Source of the DNA: Gnetum montanum
Taxonomy: Eukaryota; Plantae; Gnetophyta
NCBI GenBank assembly: GCA_015680685.1
Contig: MNCI01000596.1
Span: 228,571 to 292,570 of the forward strand
DNA length: 64,000 bases
Direction: 5' to 3'
Shown here: piece after piece, positions 50,282 to 64,000 of the stretch
How positions within the stretch are numbered: the first letter of the stretch is position 1
Layout: every line of letters starts with the position of its first letter
Program-made: the position numbers and the translations under genes
The notes under the pieces: model-generated
The model's database searches: none
Seen by the model: the letters and a program-made list of their open reading frames with translations, nothing else
Told to the model about the DNA's origin: nothing

Positions 50282-51449
50282 GAAGGCCTCAATGTCTACT
50301 CATATGCATGATGTCATCCATTGTCTGATGGATTTTGTCTTCTGATGCCATTTCCAAAATCCCTTTAAGGTGAAAAAATTGATCGGTTTGTTGTCATCAT
50401 TACTTCTATATATCTGAAGGTTATATTCCTTAGAAGAAGTTGCACATATAGCATGAATGTGCTGTAAATATAAGAAAGCGATCTAGTTACTTGAGATGTC
50501 CTGGAATTACATTTCATCTTATAGAGAGAGGCATGGCAGATAGTGTATCAGGAACCCTGTTCCAGGAGTTTCACAAACTTGATTAAAGGCACCTAACAAA
50601 ACTAATCCAAAGTTATCACAATTATACAATTTTCTGTTTTCAAATTTCATTTGGTGCAGTGCTCGCTATTTCACTTGCATTAATTAGATGTTTAATATAA
50701 CGATGTTTGAATGCCTGGGCAGGATTTGAGGCTATCTTTTATGCATTGTTGTCATTAAGTAATTAATGATTTTATTTTATTTTATTTCTCCAGAATAAGG
50801 ATGGTGGTTAATAATTTTCCACTTGAGGTACCCCGCTAAAAACCTTTAAACTTCTATTTATATCAAAGAAGAAATAAAACAGGTTTCACATCATCACCAT
50901 GGTAACAAAGAGAGTTTTTCAAAATATTAATTATGAGTGGAATAAATTTGAACAATAGATAAAGACACCCGTGGAGAATCTTGGAGCCATAAACATCACA
51001 CTTTATGGAGAAATTAAGGATACAAACACACGAACCCAAATTAGTGTTGGGGAATAACGACAATATATAGTATTTATGTAACATAAGAAAATGAGAATCG
51101 ATAATATCATATGGTGTACTAATGTTGAAGTTTAACTCCACCTTCAGCATCCAAAATAGAGTTAGGGGTTGCTCTGCATATTGTATTTCCAATTTTGTAT
51201 TTGATGTAGAAGATTTAGAACTTGTTTATGAGTTGCATTGGTAGTCAATTGGAATGGTAGGTAAGCCATTTACAACTTCATTGAAGAGTAAATCAATGAA
51301 ATAACACTCTTGCTAGGGAAGGATATGGAGTGTCCTTTGAAAAAATTTCTTCCATATTAAAAATAATAATTATGGATAAAAATTCAGAAAAGATTGTTGG
51401 CAGCAATTGATTGGGAAAAGCAATCTTAATTAGGAGAATAACAATTTCT

Positions 51450-53135
51450 TTTACTTTGTGGTACTTTCATAATATATGTAAAGGAGAATCAAAATCAATA
51501 CAATAGGGAATGAGAATTCCAAAATATTGAACCCCATAGGGGACTATATAAATATTTTTAAAAGGATTATATAAAATTTTTTATTTTTGGTTGCCCACAA
51601 ACTTTGCCATGGATTTCTGAAAATTCTTCACTTTCATAGGTTCAATTTAAATTCTACTTATGATTTAGGTAATCAAAATGATTTTGCCTTGGCAAAATGT
51701 TATCAATGAACCTTTTAATAGTCAAATGTTGAAGTGAAGGTCCATCCTTCCAAGCTTAGCAATCTTTGAGCTCTCAAGTGGAATCTTTTAGGGCTTCAAT
51801 ATGCAGTCTAACCATTGAAATAATATCATTTAAGAATAGCACACAATTCTTAAAAATTGGAAATTTGCACATCAATTCTTCAACTTGCATACTATCATCT
51901 TCATTAATTAAATCATCCCACCTTTGTATAAGTAATTTTTTCAAAATGGACACAAGAGGATGTAGGAAGTTTTTGAAGGTTGAATCAAATGCAAGTGACT
52001 ACCAAAACGAATGAGAATGGAGAATAATGGAAAATAATGGAAAGCTTTCTTTTGACATGTATTCCAGAAGAGGTTTTAAATTTTGCCACTTTCTCCATAT
52101 AGCTTTCAGAAAGGGAGATCCTTGAATAGTAAGAGGAATAAGAGTCAAAATACGATTAAGCCATGATAAATGAGAAAGCTTAAGTAATTTTTTTCCAACT
52201 TTCATTATATTCCATAACCCTTAAAAATCCACTTACTAGCTAAGGTTGAGGCTTGAGTATTAAAACTAGTAAATTCCAAACCACCATCTTTCTTTGCCAA
52301 TTTATAGAATTTCCAAGCAACGTGAGAAAAGCCCATACTAGTGCTATTATTCTTCCATATGTAATTTGGGATGATTTTGTCAATCTTGAGATGACAAGCC
52401 TTACTAGGAGCCAATAAGGAAGAGTAATAAACATGAATAGAAGAGAGAATATGTTTGACTACAATAATTCTACTAGGTAGGGACATGTCTCTCTTTGACT
52501 ACTTTTCTACTTTATTCACAATTTTATGAACCAATTGACTTTGCAATTTCGGAAATATTTGGAATAATAACAACTAGCACCCTAAAAAATTTTAAAATTG
52601 CATGTGGTTCTATACATTTCCATGAAAAATGTTGCAAATTCTTACAAGCTGTTTATCAAAGGCTCCAACTTCATTAGAATTATCCCAATTTATCTTAGAG
52701 TTGTAAGCATCATAGTAATCTTGTAAAATTTGCATAGCCTTGTAAATTTTCATAGGTTCTTTTTATAATAGAATAAAATTATCATCAACAAATTGATTTA
52801 TATGAATACATCCTAAAGACCATAGTAAAGATATACCTCAAATTAGGATTCTTCAATTCTCAAACTCAAAGGCATATCCCAAGACACTCGCAACAATTCT
52901 AAAGTGAGAGGGAGTAAGGGAACATCCTTGTTTAATTGATCCCTACAAAGTAAATTCTTTACTAAGTTTATCATTAACTGTTACTATTGCAGAAGCATGC
53001 TATAACAACATAGAGACATGATCAATAAAGGATTGACCAAGCTACATATATTGAAGACACCTCTTAATAACACACTACTCAAGTTTATCATAAGCCTTTG
53101 TAGAATCAAGCTTAAAAAGAAAACCTTGTTTAAAT
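51450..53135 (-). mobile_element. 5'-truncated L1-type LINE, reverse transcriptase region, degenerate
   Basis: Minus-strand FKLDSTKAYDKL (~53080-53118), GSIKQGCSLTP (~52912-52943), NQFVDD (~52782-52799) and SLPSRIIVVKHILSSIHVYYSS...VAW......KDGGL (52205-52486). The 3' boundary is approximate. Confidence 0.88.
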
Positions 53136-54899
53136 TTAACGTTTAATCTTATCAACCTAATAATGTTAAGTTAATAATTATTTTATTTTGCATTTCATGT
53201 TTAACTTGAACTAAGTCTAACACATTTTTTAAAATACTTGTAACTTAGTATTATCCATTGAACTTCTAACCTAGGATTTCTATGCCAAGGCTCTTATCAT
53301 TAAGTGAACACCTCATTTAAGATACATAAGCATCAGTTAAAAGATAAATGGTTGAAATTGAACAATGCTTAAAAGATCCTTTTAGGTCTTTCTAATATCA
53401 TTAATGAGTGGTGAGTATGCCTAATGCTTAATTATAAACCATGTTATAATTTGTGAATTAACTAGCAATAGTGTTTAGCTTAGTTAGGTGATTGTAAGTT
53501 GTTGTCTTTCCAACTATACTTATAATAGCCCTTAACTCATATGGTTAAGTATAGGTAAGAAATGATGTTATAGCATCCACATTACTTTATCAAACTAATT
53601 AACTAGAAACATTAAATAAATCCTATTGTAGCCTATAGGTGATGGGTGTTCATTTTGTAGTCAAATGTCATATTCTTAGATGGATGCATTAATTAGTGGG
53701 ATTACTAAGCAATCTTGCTATTTAAAGTACCAAATGATTAGCTATTGGGATTATCAAATTAATGCAAGTTTAATGTTTTAGGTTACATCATGCTCATTCT
53801 ACCAAGATTAATGTGCATAGAATTTAAATAGTATGTTAGAAAATATTAATAGTAAGAAAGTAGAAATCTATGCTAAGTTATAATACTGCAATTGAAGTAA
53901 ATCAATTTTGATCTTATTGCTAGTATGAAATCATCCAAGTACAATCCAGCCAAATAAGATACCAAATGACTAACTTAAATCCATGTTATAGGTGCTCACT
54001 AATATAAAAATCACGAAAGCAAATTAAAGAGTTTTTCTATGCTATGATTAAAAGATACCATAAATGTGGTCGGTAGGCATGTATTTATAGTGAAAAAAGG
54101 CCAAGATTCAAAGCATTTGTATTAGTGTATCATACTCCTTGACTAACTTAAAACTTATTCTTAAGTTATCCAAAATGATAAAGTTTGATTAAAAAATTAT
54201 GGGGTGACATTGACCAACAATAACTAATATTACAAAATTTCAAGTACAAGATAATTCAAGTGATGTACATTGTTACAAAAATTGAACTAACATATATAGA
54301 TATAAAAACTTTATAGAAAATTCTTTAAAAATCATTGATGAAGCTATGTAAGGGGAATTGATTTTTTCCTTTGCATCAAATGAATTTGATTCTTGGAAGC
54401 AAGGAATTGAGTATTGATAATTCAAAATGCATTTGAGTGCATGAATATATGTAAAAATCGGTAACGGGTTCATAGGTGATTATGTGAACTAAAATATAAT
54501 AAAACATTTAAATTATATATTTTATATTCCAAATTAATATTTTCATATGAAAAATATGTTACATCTAATATACATAATTATTTTTTAATTTCTTTTATAT
54601 TTTGGATTTACTAAACATTATTTTTAATTTAAATTAAATTTAAGTATTTGTAGAGAATCTAATGTGCTTCTACTCATACTCTTGCTTCCAGTATGAACCT
54701 TATGCACAAATCTACTAGGATTTGTGAATTCCTAGTGTACAGGTTTTTTCTTCTTTGTCTTTCACATGGTATTAATATCTTGGAGCTTTTTTTTTCATCA
54801 ATCTATGGGTCTACCATGGTCCAAGCATGCTTGGCAATGTCTGTTGTAACTAGAGCATTTCATGTAGATGATAGACTTAGGAATAGCTTGTTTGCATAA

Positions 54900-55900
54900 A
54901 AAAAACTAGGCTACAAACATGCATTGTTCAAGCTCTAGTTCTTCTACTTACTACTGGCATACTTGGTAGTCACTCATTCTTCAAGGGCAACATTCCTTTG
55001 ACTTATAGATTTTCTTTTGTAGAAATCTAACTTTGCAAATACAACTTGCAACTTCCCTTTGGTTTTATTGTGAATTTGATAGTCATGTTTGAAAAATGAG
55101 AATGTTGCTGCAAGCTGCTTCTTCATCTCACATGACGGTTTCCTTGTTTTGATAAAGACTATATTAGAATAGCATAGGTTGGTAAGCTCTAGAGTGGACA
55201 TCGTTAACATGTAGATCTTTCACTTTGATTTCAGTATGATTAATCATACACACTGCATCTAGGACATTTTTCCATGCTACCATGCTAGGATTTTCAAGGA
55301 TGGTTTTAAGTTTTATTTTGGCTAGCTTGAGTTCTTTCTCATCAATTTCTTTTTGTAGGCCTCCTTGATCTTTGTAATAATTCTTAATGCTTTTCAACTA
55401 TTTGGCCTCATTCTTTTAGGAAACAATCTCTAGTCTTATCTATTGTTGGATTTGGAAAATTTCTACATGGATATATTTTAATCTTCTATTGTCAACCTAG
55501 CAATCTCTAGGTTCACCTTCGCTTGTTCTTGCCTTATATGTTGGAGGTGGGTCTCCAATGCATCCCCTTTCCTTTCTCACCATCTTCATTATTTTATTCT
55601 TCACAATAAGCTTTTTATTTGCTCCCTATAAATCAATGATAAATTTTCTAAGTAGATATGATTTAGCTCAAGCCTATGTTTTAGCAAATATGATCCATTC
55701 CTTCTATATAAACATCTCCTTGATAAAGGTCTGCATTTGCTCAAGTTTTTCTTTTTCAAACTATTCAAAATCCTCTAGAAGAGTGTGTTTGATTGGAACA
55801 TTGAATGTTTCTTAAATCTCAATTGAATTTGCTTTACCCACAGTGCTTCAACATCACTTTGATGTCTTAGTGTGTCAACAAGCACTAACTTTCCCTTATG
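54900..55900 (-). pseudogene. Remnant of an Athila-type accessory ORF homologous to the C-terminal part of the E1 accessory ORF
   Basis: 55164-55397 KSIKNYYKDQGGLQKEIDEKELKLAKIKLKTIL...VAWKNVLDAV aligns to E1 EKVKNHYKDQVGLQKEVNEKHIQVAKAKMNQVL...DVWHSIFDGL. Boundaries are approximate. Confidence 0.7.
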
Positions 55901-57349
55901 GTCAATATATTAGATTGAATGATAGTGACATCTTTAGAAATATCAAATGTTTTAGCTAATTCTCATCTTATGTTTAAAACTTATTCATGCTCCTTAGTTG
56001 TTATATGTCTAAGAGTGTTAGCCTCACTTTGCTATTGAAGCCCTTTTCTTTGCCTTGTGGATATCATCATATTATGTAAGGTACTAAAGTCTAAACTTGG
56101 TACTACAAGGATTTTAGGAAGCCATTCAAGAACTTAACCACTATGCCAATAGTCTTTTCTTATCCTTCATGTGAAATAACAACTATAGTTACACCATTGC
56201 ATTTCTTGAGCATAATTTGGAACAATGTTTCCTTCTTAAAAATGGATGGATAATCTACAAATAATTTGATTGAAACCTCTTTGGTTGCTGGGTTTATTGT
56301 TGTTTGTGTTTGACCTTGAGTGGTTGAGAAGAACCACTTTTAGGCCTTGAAGCCATGAATAACTTCAAGAATGTAGGCAACAGGATCATGAGGCTTAAAA
56401 ATTATCATTATAAATAACTTATTTAATCATTATCAATGATTCCATGGTGTGACCAAATTTAAAGTACAAGAGATACCATGAAGGTCAAAACATTTATCAT
56501 GAACTAATCATAACTCATGGTCAGCTACTATTTTTGCTTAGATTTATTCTTTCATCCTATATTTTAAAGACCATGACCTATGGAGAGCCTATGGTATTAT
56601 GATGCAACTTGACCATAACTCATGGTAAAATATCAATACTCTTGGAATTATAGCACAACCATTCTATCACTTGTGGGTGAACTCATCGTAATCAAAATTA
56701 ACATTAACAAAGCTAAAATTTTTTCTACAAACTACGTAGAGAGACCTCATTTCATTCTCAACCTCTAATAATGATAAGATATCTTATATTTCATTTATTT
56801 AATCCATTCTTATGTTTTAGCTCACTAGTATGTATAATTACAAATTTAATAATCTTGTATAGTATAGTATAGGATTCCATCTACGACAATTGCATATGAG
56901 TCTATTGGAACAAATATATGATTTGTATTCAATTTCTTAAGTACCTACAAGTGCTTATATAAGTGTTTATACAAGGGCATTAAAGGCAAAAGTCTAATTG
57001 GGAGAGGATCCACTTAGATAACCATTGGGAATCATTTCCATGAACTAATTCCATATCATTAAGATTATGACAAGCTACTATTCAACTTTAGTCATTATTC
57101 TATAAACTAATTTTCTTTAATTTTGGTTTAAATTTTGACAAGAGCCTTATTGTTGCCAAATTGATTTGTAATTGATCAATTTTAATGCTTTCAATTCATC
57201 CACTCATAGACAAACATCATTCTCTAAATTACCATCTTTCAAGAAGCCTTGAGATCCACAAAGTATGAAGAAATTGTTGCAGTCAAAATTGACATGATCA
57301 ACTTATAACTCACATGAATTAAGCAAGATACTTCACAACCATCAAAAAA

Positions 57350-58708
57350 TCTAAAGAAAACTTTAAATCAAAAGGGGAATTATAGGGTGCAAGTGCATTA
57401 GCAACCTAAGTTGAGTTTACATGAAAGACATTAAAATGTAAAGCAAATGAGACAAGGAAAAGGAATGAAAGAGTGGAATAGTAGTAGATCATGGAAATGA
57501 TGTGACATTAAAAATAATGTAGAATTCAATGACACAAGACATTGAAAGATTACTTCTATTCTATTTTGAAAGAAAAAATATTAAAAAATGATGCATTCAC
57601 TAGGATTTATAAGAAAAGTGTAGAAAATGCACAAAAAATAGGAAATGTTTAGAAAAAATGATAGAATGACAAATCTAGGAATTGAAATAAAATTTTATTT
57701 TTAAACCAATAATTAGAGTAAGATCTAGAAAACCCTCCTAAAAGATTTATAAAAATAAGGATTTCTAATGAGAAAATGGAAAGTGATAATGATACAAAAT
57801 AGATTATAGAAAACCTGTTAACAACAATGACTCTAATAATATGATCAAGAGATTAGAGATGGTTGACAAGGAGTTGTGTTATCCAGGTTTTCTCTTTGAT
57901 GCATATTCATGATGGGAATCTCATTGAAGAGATAAAAGAGGCTACCGATGAAGGTCTAGCAAGATAGGAGAGGGGATTAAATTGGATTAAGGCATGTATT
58001 TAGATTTAGTAGAATCACCATGTGTCAATAAGTCAATGTAATGGAAATACAAACCATGCAAGGTAAGGAAAAAGGAGATTAAATCTCTCATGAGGTTAAG
58101 TTGTATAGAGAGATTCTGATAGCTAATGCTCATAAGGATCTCATCATATATTCTTGGTTGGGGTAAGCCTTCTATTTATAGGCCAAAAATTCTTGGTAGA
58201 ATATTAAAAAAAAAATTATGCATTAAAATCCACAAAGAATACTATAGAAGCTTTTAGATAGATGAATTGATGTATAATGTCAAAGCTAATATTAAAAAAT
58301 TATTAGAGAATATCAATGTAGCTAGATGACACAAGATGTTGAAAGATGAAATGACATTGGACATCTAAAAGAACATCAAAATTGATATCATCTAGAAATG
58401 ATGCAAGATGTCAAAGCCAATGTAAAAGTGTTGAAAAGATGTTAAGTTAGGATTGATTTAGAAAATGATGTTGAATGTCAAAAATGAAGCCAAAAGATAG
58501 ATGACCAAAAATAATGCTAAAGATGATATAGAACATCAAATCTAGGGATTTTGAAGTAGAAAATGCTACTAGAAAGCAGCTATAGGTATAGTCGTGATAG
58601 CTAATATTGAACTATAAATAAACTTACTACTAATGAGCTATTGAAGATGATATGATAATCCAAACTTCTAATCAAACAGTAGAATTAGGTACAACATTAT
58701 CCCCTTTT
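57350..58708 (-). repeat. Old 3' LTR with adjacent PPT (left boundary uncertain)
   Basis: Minus AAAAGGGGATAA (58697-58708) is followed by TGTTGTACC at 58696. TATA GCCTATAAATAG at ~58173-58183. Confidence 0.5.
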
Positions 58709-60488
58709 AATGGGCAACATTGAAAAGCTAATGTTGAAAAAATGTATTTGTGACAAATAAAGAATGAAGTAGTATAATAAGGATGAAACTAGGGGTATCA
58801 TTAATACACCTACAGTAAAGTGTTACACCACAAAAGTAAGGTATGGCTAAATTTCTAAAGCAGATATCTTTCTCAACTCACTTAGATTAGTATTCATACT
58901 TCTCACTTCGATCTACACTCAATACTCCCTTAATACATCAGAATAGAGACACTTATTTAGCCTTACCAAAGTGCTAAATATAGAGAGAAATGGGAATGAA
59001 TAAGAAGTGGTAATGAGATGAAGAAAAGAGATAGTACAAAAGAGTAGGAAGTATAGTATGTAAAAGAAGAAAGCAAGATATAGGAGAAGAAAAGAGAATA
59101 TGATCCATACACATGTCATAAAGATGATGATAAGTCATAAAAATGAGGCATACCTAGATCCTACACACAATGTATGGCCAAAAATGATGTCATAGATAAT
59201 TTCAAAATAGTAATCCCTTCTTATTCTACTCAATAATATACTTAGTCATACCCTCATATGAAGCAATAAGATATTAGTCATTTAAAAACCTCACTAATTA
59301 TGTTGAGTAGAATAGAGTAGAATAGCATAGATAAAGTAGGGATGTATGACAAAAATAGCTAGATAGACATAGCTAAATATGAGATAGAGAGAAGGATAAG
59401 TTAATAAAAATAATACAGGGAAAATAGGATTAGAGTAAACCTGTTATCTTAATGTTCTACATATCATGTCATAGTACAAAGACATTGATATGAAACAATT
59501 ATTAATAAATGAGCACATGTTTCACATCGTATAGTAAGCAAGTTTTATAGTATAATAAAAAGATGAAGCAACAAATAGTAGTATTTTAGGAATGTCATGT
59601 TGATAGAATCTATAAATTGACATCTTGTAGATCATAGAGGATGTATGCACTATCTGGTAGAAAATACACCATCAAGAAACAATCCTACCAATTAGGAGAG
59701 AACTTTTTATCTTTGGAATTTGAAAAATTGTAAAGAACCAATTCATCTTCATGAATCCCTCAAATTCTGACATTTCTAAAATAATGATGTTGGATATCAA
59801 CATGAGACATCGATAATAATTAGGGTGATTTAAGCTTTGTACATCTCCACCAAAGCTCAACATCTATTTATAAGTTAACACCAAAAATAATGTATGACAT
59901 AAATTATGCTTAACATTATGCTATGATGTTTTTGCAGAAGCTACACACAAGAAAAGAGCATTGAAGTGGGAAGAAAAGAAGCTTTGATCTAGCCTTCCTT
60001 CTTGATGAGACGCGATATCGCATGGGCCGTGTATGTGATATCGCGGCCATCACGATATTGCATCCCATGTGATATAGCGTACACGATATCGCGTCATCCC
60101 CTGCGATGTCGCGTACGCGATATCGCGGTCTGCCATCAAATCTATAAATAAGAGGCGGCACTCCCTTCATTTCTCATCCTAGGCTAGAATTAGCGAAGCT
60201 CTAGCAGTTTAATCACTCCAGAGATAGAATTTTTCCATGTGCCCGCAGTAGGAGTCCCCAAGTGAATGGATCTTTATTCGAGAAGCTTTGTACCTGAACG
60301 CAAGTTGTGTACGGCAATAAAGACGAGCTTTGTGGATAAACTTTGTAGTGCATGGAATAGGTTTATTACATGTTATTTATTGTTTTCCTAGTAACGTGAC
60401 ATGAGTACGACTTGGTTACGAGCATTGACGAATGTGTACGGCTAACCAAGGAATCAGCTACTCATCGCGATTAGATTCTCTCACCCTT

Positions 60489-60914
60489 NNNNNNNNNNNN
60501 NNNNNNNNNNNNNNNNNNNNNNNNNNNNNNNNNNNNNNNNNNNNNNNNNNNNNNNNNNNNNNNNNNNNNNNNNNNNNNNNNNNNNNNNNNNNNNNNNNNN
60601 NNNNNNNNNNNNNNNNNNNNNNNNNNNNNNNNNNNNNNNNNNNNNNNNNNNNNNNNNNNNNNNNNNNNNNNNNNNNNNNNNNNNNNNNNNNNNNNNNNNN
60701 NNNNNNNNNNNNNNNNNNNNNNNNNNNNNNNNNNNNNNNNNNNNNNNNNNNNNNNNNNNNNNNNNNNNNNNNNNNNNNNNNNNNNNNNNNNNNNNNNNNN
60801 NNNNNNNNNNNNNNNNNNNNNNNNNNNNNNNNNNNNNNNNNNNNNNNNNNNNNNNNNNNNNNNNNNNNNNNNNNNNNNNNNNNNNNNNNNNNNNNNNNNN
60901 NNNNNNNNNNNNNN
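60489..60914. other. Assembly gap (426 N); smaller gaps at 44423-44435 and single Ns at 1454, 31239, 31965
   Basis: N runs in the sequence. Confidence 0.99.
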
Positions 60915-60963
60915 GCAAGATAAAACACATAACCAAAATTAGCCAAGTCCTAAACAATATAGG

Positions 60964-63900
60964 ATGACATATACTCATCCCGATGAGTATATTCCTAATT
61001 TTACTTTTGTTCTCCATCAAGACGAACAACTGCGGTGGAGAGACTTGCAAGGTAACATTGTGTTACCCCCAGATCGAGCAATCTCTCGCATGCTTTTCTG
61101 TGCCTTGGCACAGATTGGCATGCAGAATTATTTTGTGGAACACGTTGCAAAAGATTTTGACATGAGGGATTATTATCCCACAAATGCCCAACGTATGAGA
61201 GACTTAAGGCAGGAAAGTCAACATGCACTATTGAAGGGCAAGGTCCCGCACGTCCTTAGTGAAATAGGAGACGAGGAACCCTTTATCATGAGTTCTTTAG
61301 CAAAGGATGTTCCCCCTCCTAACGATGGTGAGAAGGTTGAGTATCAAAACCTACGATCAATGATACATATCCCTGGTTCTAATGCCCATGAACACCAATT
61401 GTTCACAGAAGGAACAACCACTCATGCTAAGGAAAGCACTTTGATCGTCACAACGATCGGGGCTATAGCAACCGAAGAGAAGGCAAGAAACATTGTCATG
61501 GCAATGGTTCTCCTTCTTCTTCCCCTTCTTCCCATCACTCATCCTCTCCTTCCACATCTGGGCGTAGCCACCATGAACATAAAGGTGAGGATAAAAGTAA
61601 GAAGGAAGAAAAACCTCGACGGGAAGTCGAGAGAGAGGACAAGGGCAAGGAAGTAGGGAGAATAGGGAACAACGCAGACATCATAGGCGTCATGGAAGAG
61701 ATGATCATGACAAGCCCCTACTTGCAACTTGAAGTATGCTTGACATAATGGAGGTAGTTAGGATTCCCACAAGGCATTTAAAGGATAGCTGGATCAAGCA
61801 TTTAGACATGAATAATATCCCACGGTTTGAGGGGGGATATAATGTAGATCTGCAAAATCATTTATAGGCATTCCACGATGCCTATGCCTTGCAGAATATA
61901 GAAAATGAGTGGCAAAAACTTAAGCTATTCCCAAGGACACTCACCAAAGAAGCAGAGAGATGGTACCGGTCCTTAGAACCGGAAACCATCAAGAGGTGGA
62001 GTACGATGCTAGAACTGTTCAACGAAAAGTATGAAACATACTCTAGAGTGTCCAATTTGCGTAAGCAGATCCAAGGCTGGAAGCAAGGTACATATGAACC
62101 CTTGGGTGCTACCATGGCCCACTACTACACATTGTTACATCGTTGCCTGGGCCATGGGTACGCTCAGCGGGATCAACTTCGCCACATCGTGGATGGGCTA
62201 AGGAATGAAAATAGAAAAACCCTTGGGACTTATGCCCAAGGGAGACTCTCACAACTTATAGCCCATGAAGTACGTAGCTTATTGGATCAAGTAGCAAATG
62301 AAGAGGGTGAGTTAGGAAAAAGGGAAAGTGTGAAAGAGTATAATTGTGATCCCTCCCTTCGAAGGAAGGGAGTGAAATTTTGTGATGAAGAGGATGAGTT
62401 ACCAATCAAAGAATTGGTGAACCAGAAAACCTTGCCGATCAAACAATTAACAACAGAATTAGAAGCTAAGGTAGATGATGTATGGAGTTCCTTAGACTCT
62501 AAAATTGAAATTGTCTTGAAAATTGTAGAAAAGTCTAAGGTAGAACAAAGTAGTGACAAAGGTAAGAAAAAGTGGAGAGATTTAGGCCTTGCACATAACA
62601 AGGGTAAGGGAAAAATCACTAACTCTGATGTGGCTGAGGATTCTGATTTAGACGATGATGGTGGATGTGAGATCTGCCATTATGACCATCCTAAGGGATG
62701 TTGCCCCATCATCTCACATCTATAGGAGTCTTGGGTGTATGCACTTAATCCAAGACTCAACCAACGGCAAACACCCCGAAGGTTACCTTATCCATAAGGT
62801 AACCCAAGGCAGTTCCACCAACCCTTAACATATTATCCAAGTGGAACTCCACCATAGCCCATCAGACAACATCAGCAGTGGCAATACCCATAGTCATGGG
62901 GGATGCCACCACCAACACAATAGTACCCTTATTGGCAACCTAATCCATATGGTTATTATGTGCAACAGCTGATTTCTCCAAGTGACTCTATGGGTCACAC
63001 AACCCCCAACTGTCACTACCAAGCTCGAGAGTACTTTAGAAGGACTCCTTCTCCTCCGGGGAACACTCCATACCCACACCATCCTCCTAATCCATCCACA
63101 CCTCTTCCACCGCATAAAACCTCCTGCTCCAACAATGCAAGGGGAACTTCCTCAATTGCAGTAATATCACATTGTGAGAGTTGTAAATATCCAACCTGCT
63201 ACTAGTTCTAACAACTGTAAAAAGAGAAGACCTTACTTCAAAACCAAAAGCCCAGATAAACTCTCACAACAACAAGCGGTTGAGGCCATGTACACTCCTC
63301 CACCATCTAACACTTCGGAGCACCCTTCAGTCCAACAGAGCGTAATGCATACAGTTATGTTAATGCATATCATAACTGACTAGATCAAGGTGGGCCACCT
63401 TCCTAGGAAGCTAACTGACCTTGGGAGTCCCTTAATCTATTTGCAGATCATCGGAAATGGACCACACAGGGCTCTTCTTGACTCAGGTTTCAGAGTCAAC
63501 TTAATTTCATGTGAGATGTACCATGCCTAGAACCTGCCCCAACTTAAGAAGAGCAACATTCAACTAGAGCTGGCAGGCCAGTCCATCACCATTCCCTTGG
63601 GATTGGTGGAGGACGTCATTACCACTGTGTGTGATTGATCTTACCCAATTGATTTCCTAGTGATTGAAGTGAACAACAACGAAGGGGACTTCCTGATTAT
63701 AATGGGAAGGGCATGGCTAAGTACAGTAGAAGGATGCCTTAGGATCTATGATCTTTCCTTGGAAATCTCTAAGATAAACATATGTGAAAAGATCGAGAAG
63801 AGGAAAGTTCCATGCATCACATACAGTGATTTATCGGGTGACGACATGGAGGAAATACCTCCATGTAACAGGTGTGCCCAAGAAACTTTGAACCAAAGAT

Positions 63901-64000
63901 GCCTGTATGTAGCAACCACACAAGAAGTAGTAGACACCCCATGGTTGACAGCTACTCGAAGGAGCAACCAAATATGCATGGAACGAACTGAGGAAACCCA
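60964..64000 (+). pseudogene. E5 gag-protease (partial, disrupted)
   Basis: 60964-61656 N-terminal domain; 61889-62725 gag LKLFPRTLTKEAERWY and CEICHYDHPKGCCP; protease RALLDSGFRVNLI (~63468-63507) and FLIIMGRAWL. In-frame stops are present. Confidence 0.9.

Larger units (their letters stand above)
59924..64000 (+). mobile_element. E5: Athila-like element, 5' LTR + gag + protease, runs off the window; LTR end and PBS fall in the N gap
   Basis: TGATG start. TATA CTATAAATAAGAGG at ~60142 and downstream TAGCGAAGCTCT.GCAGTTT...GAGATAGAAT match the E1 LTR. Gag and PR are collinear with E1 and E4. Confidence 0.88.

Noticed and set aside
60432-61050. Long ORFs 60432-60923, 60458-60946 and 60481-61050
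   Set aside because: They are open only because they span the N gap.

Overview
This is land-plant nuclear DNA, AT-rich and strongly CG/CHG-decayed, and almost entirely nested, degenerate retrotransposons around one intact host gene. (1) An Athila-like Ty3/gypsy element E1 (minus strand, <1-12357) has inserted into the 5' LTR of a pol-less Tat-like gag-protease element E2 (plus, 12358-23653). E2 in turn interrupts a related Tat-like element E3 (minus, 23654-~29157). (2) A probable solo LTR (~30066-31964) contains a mis-oriented assembly segment. (3) A complete but decayed Athila-like element E4 (minus, 31989-41936) has both LTRs, PBS, PPT and a near-perfect TSD. (4) tRNA-derived SINE-like relics and a palindrome-rich CpG island precede an 8-exon, 330-aa rolling-stone/FAR-17a-AIG1-like membrane-protein gene (45946-50281, plus). 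(5) The rest holds a 5'-truncated LINE, old LTR debris, and the start of a third Athila-like element E5 (plus, 59924->64000). The most notable observation is in E1, which carries a ~2.85-kb accessory gene with an apparent internal promoter: a copy of the LTR's CG-palindrome array plus a TATA box, a 5'UTR intron and an ATG directly after the acceptor. E4 lacks this cassette. Five of the LTR families, and less clearly a sixth, carry their own array of a CG-containing, usually palindromic motif. The three Athila-like copies also share an unrecognised conserved N-terminal Gag extension. All coordinates and identities were read by eye; no database searches were run.
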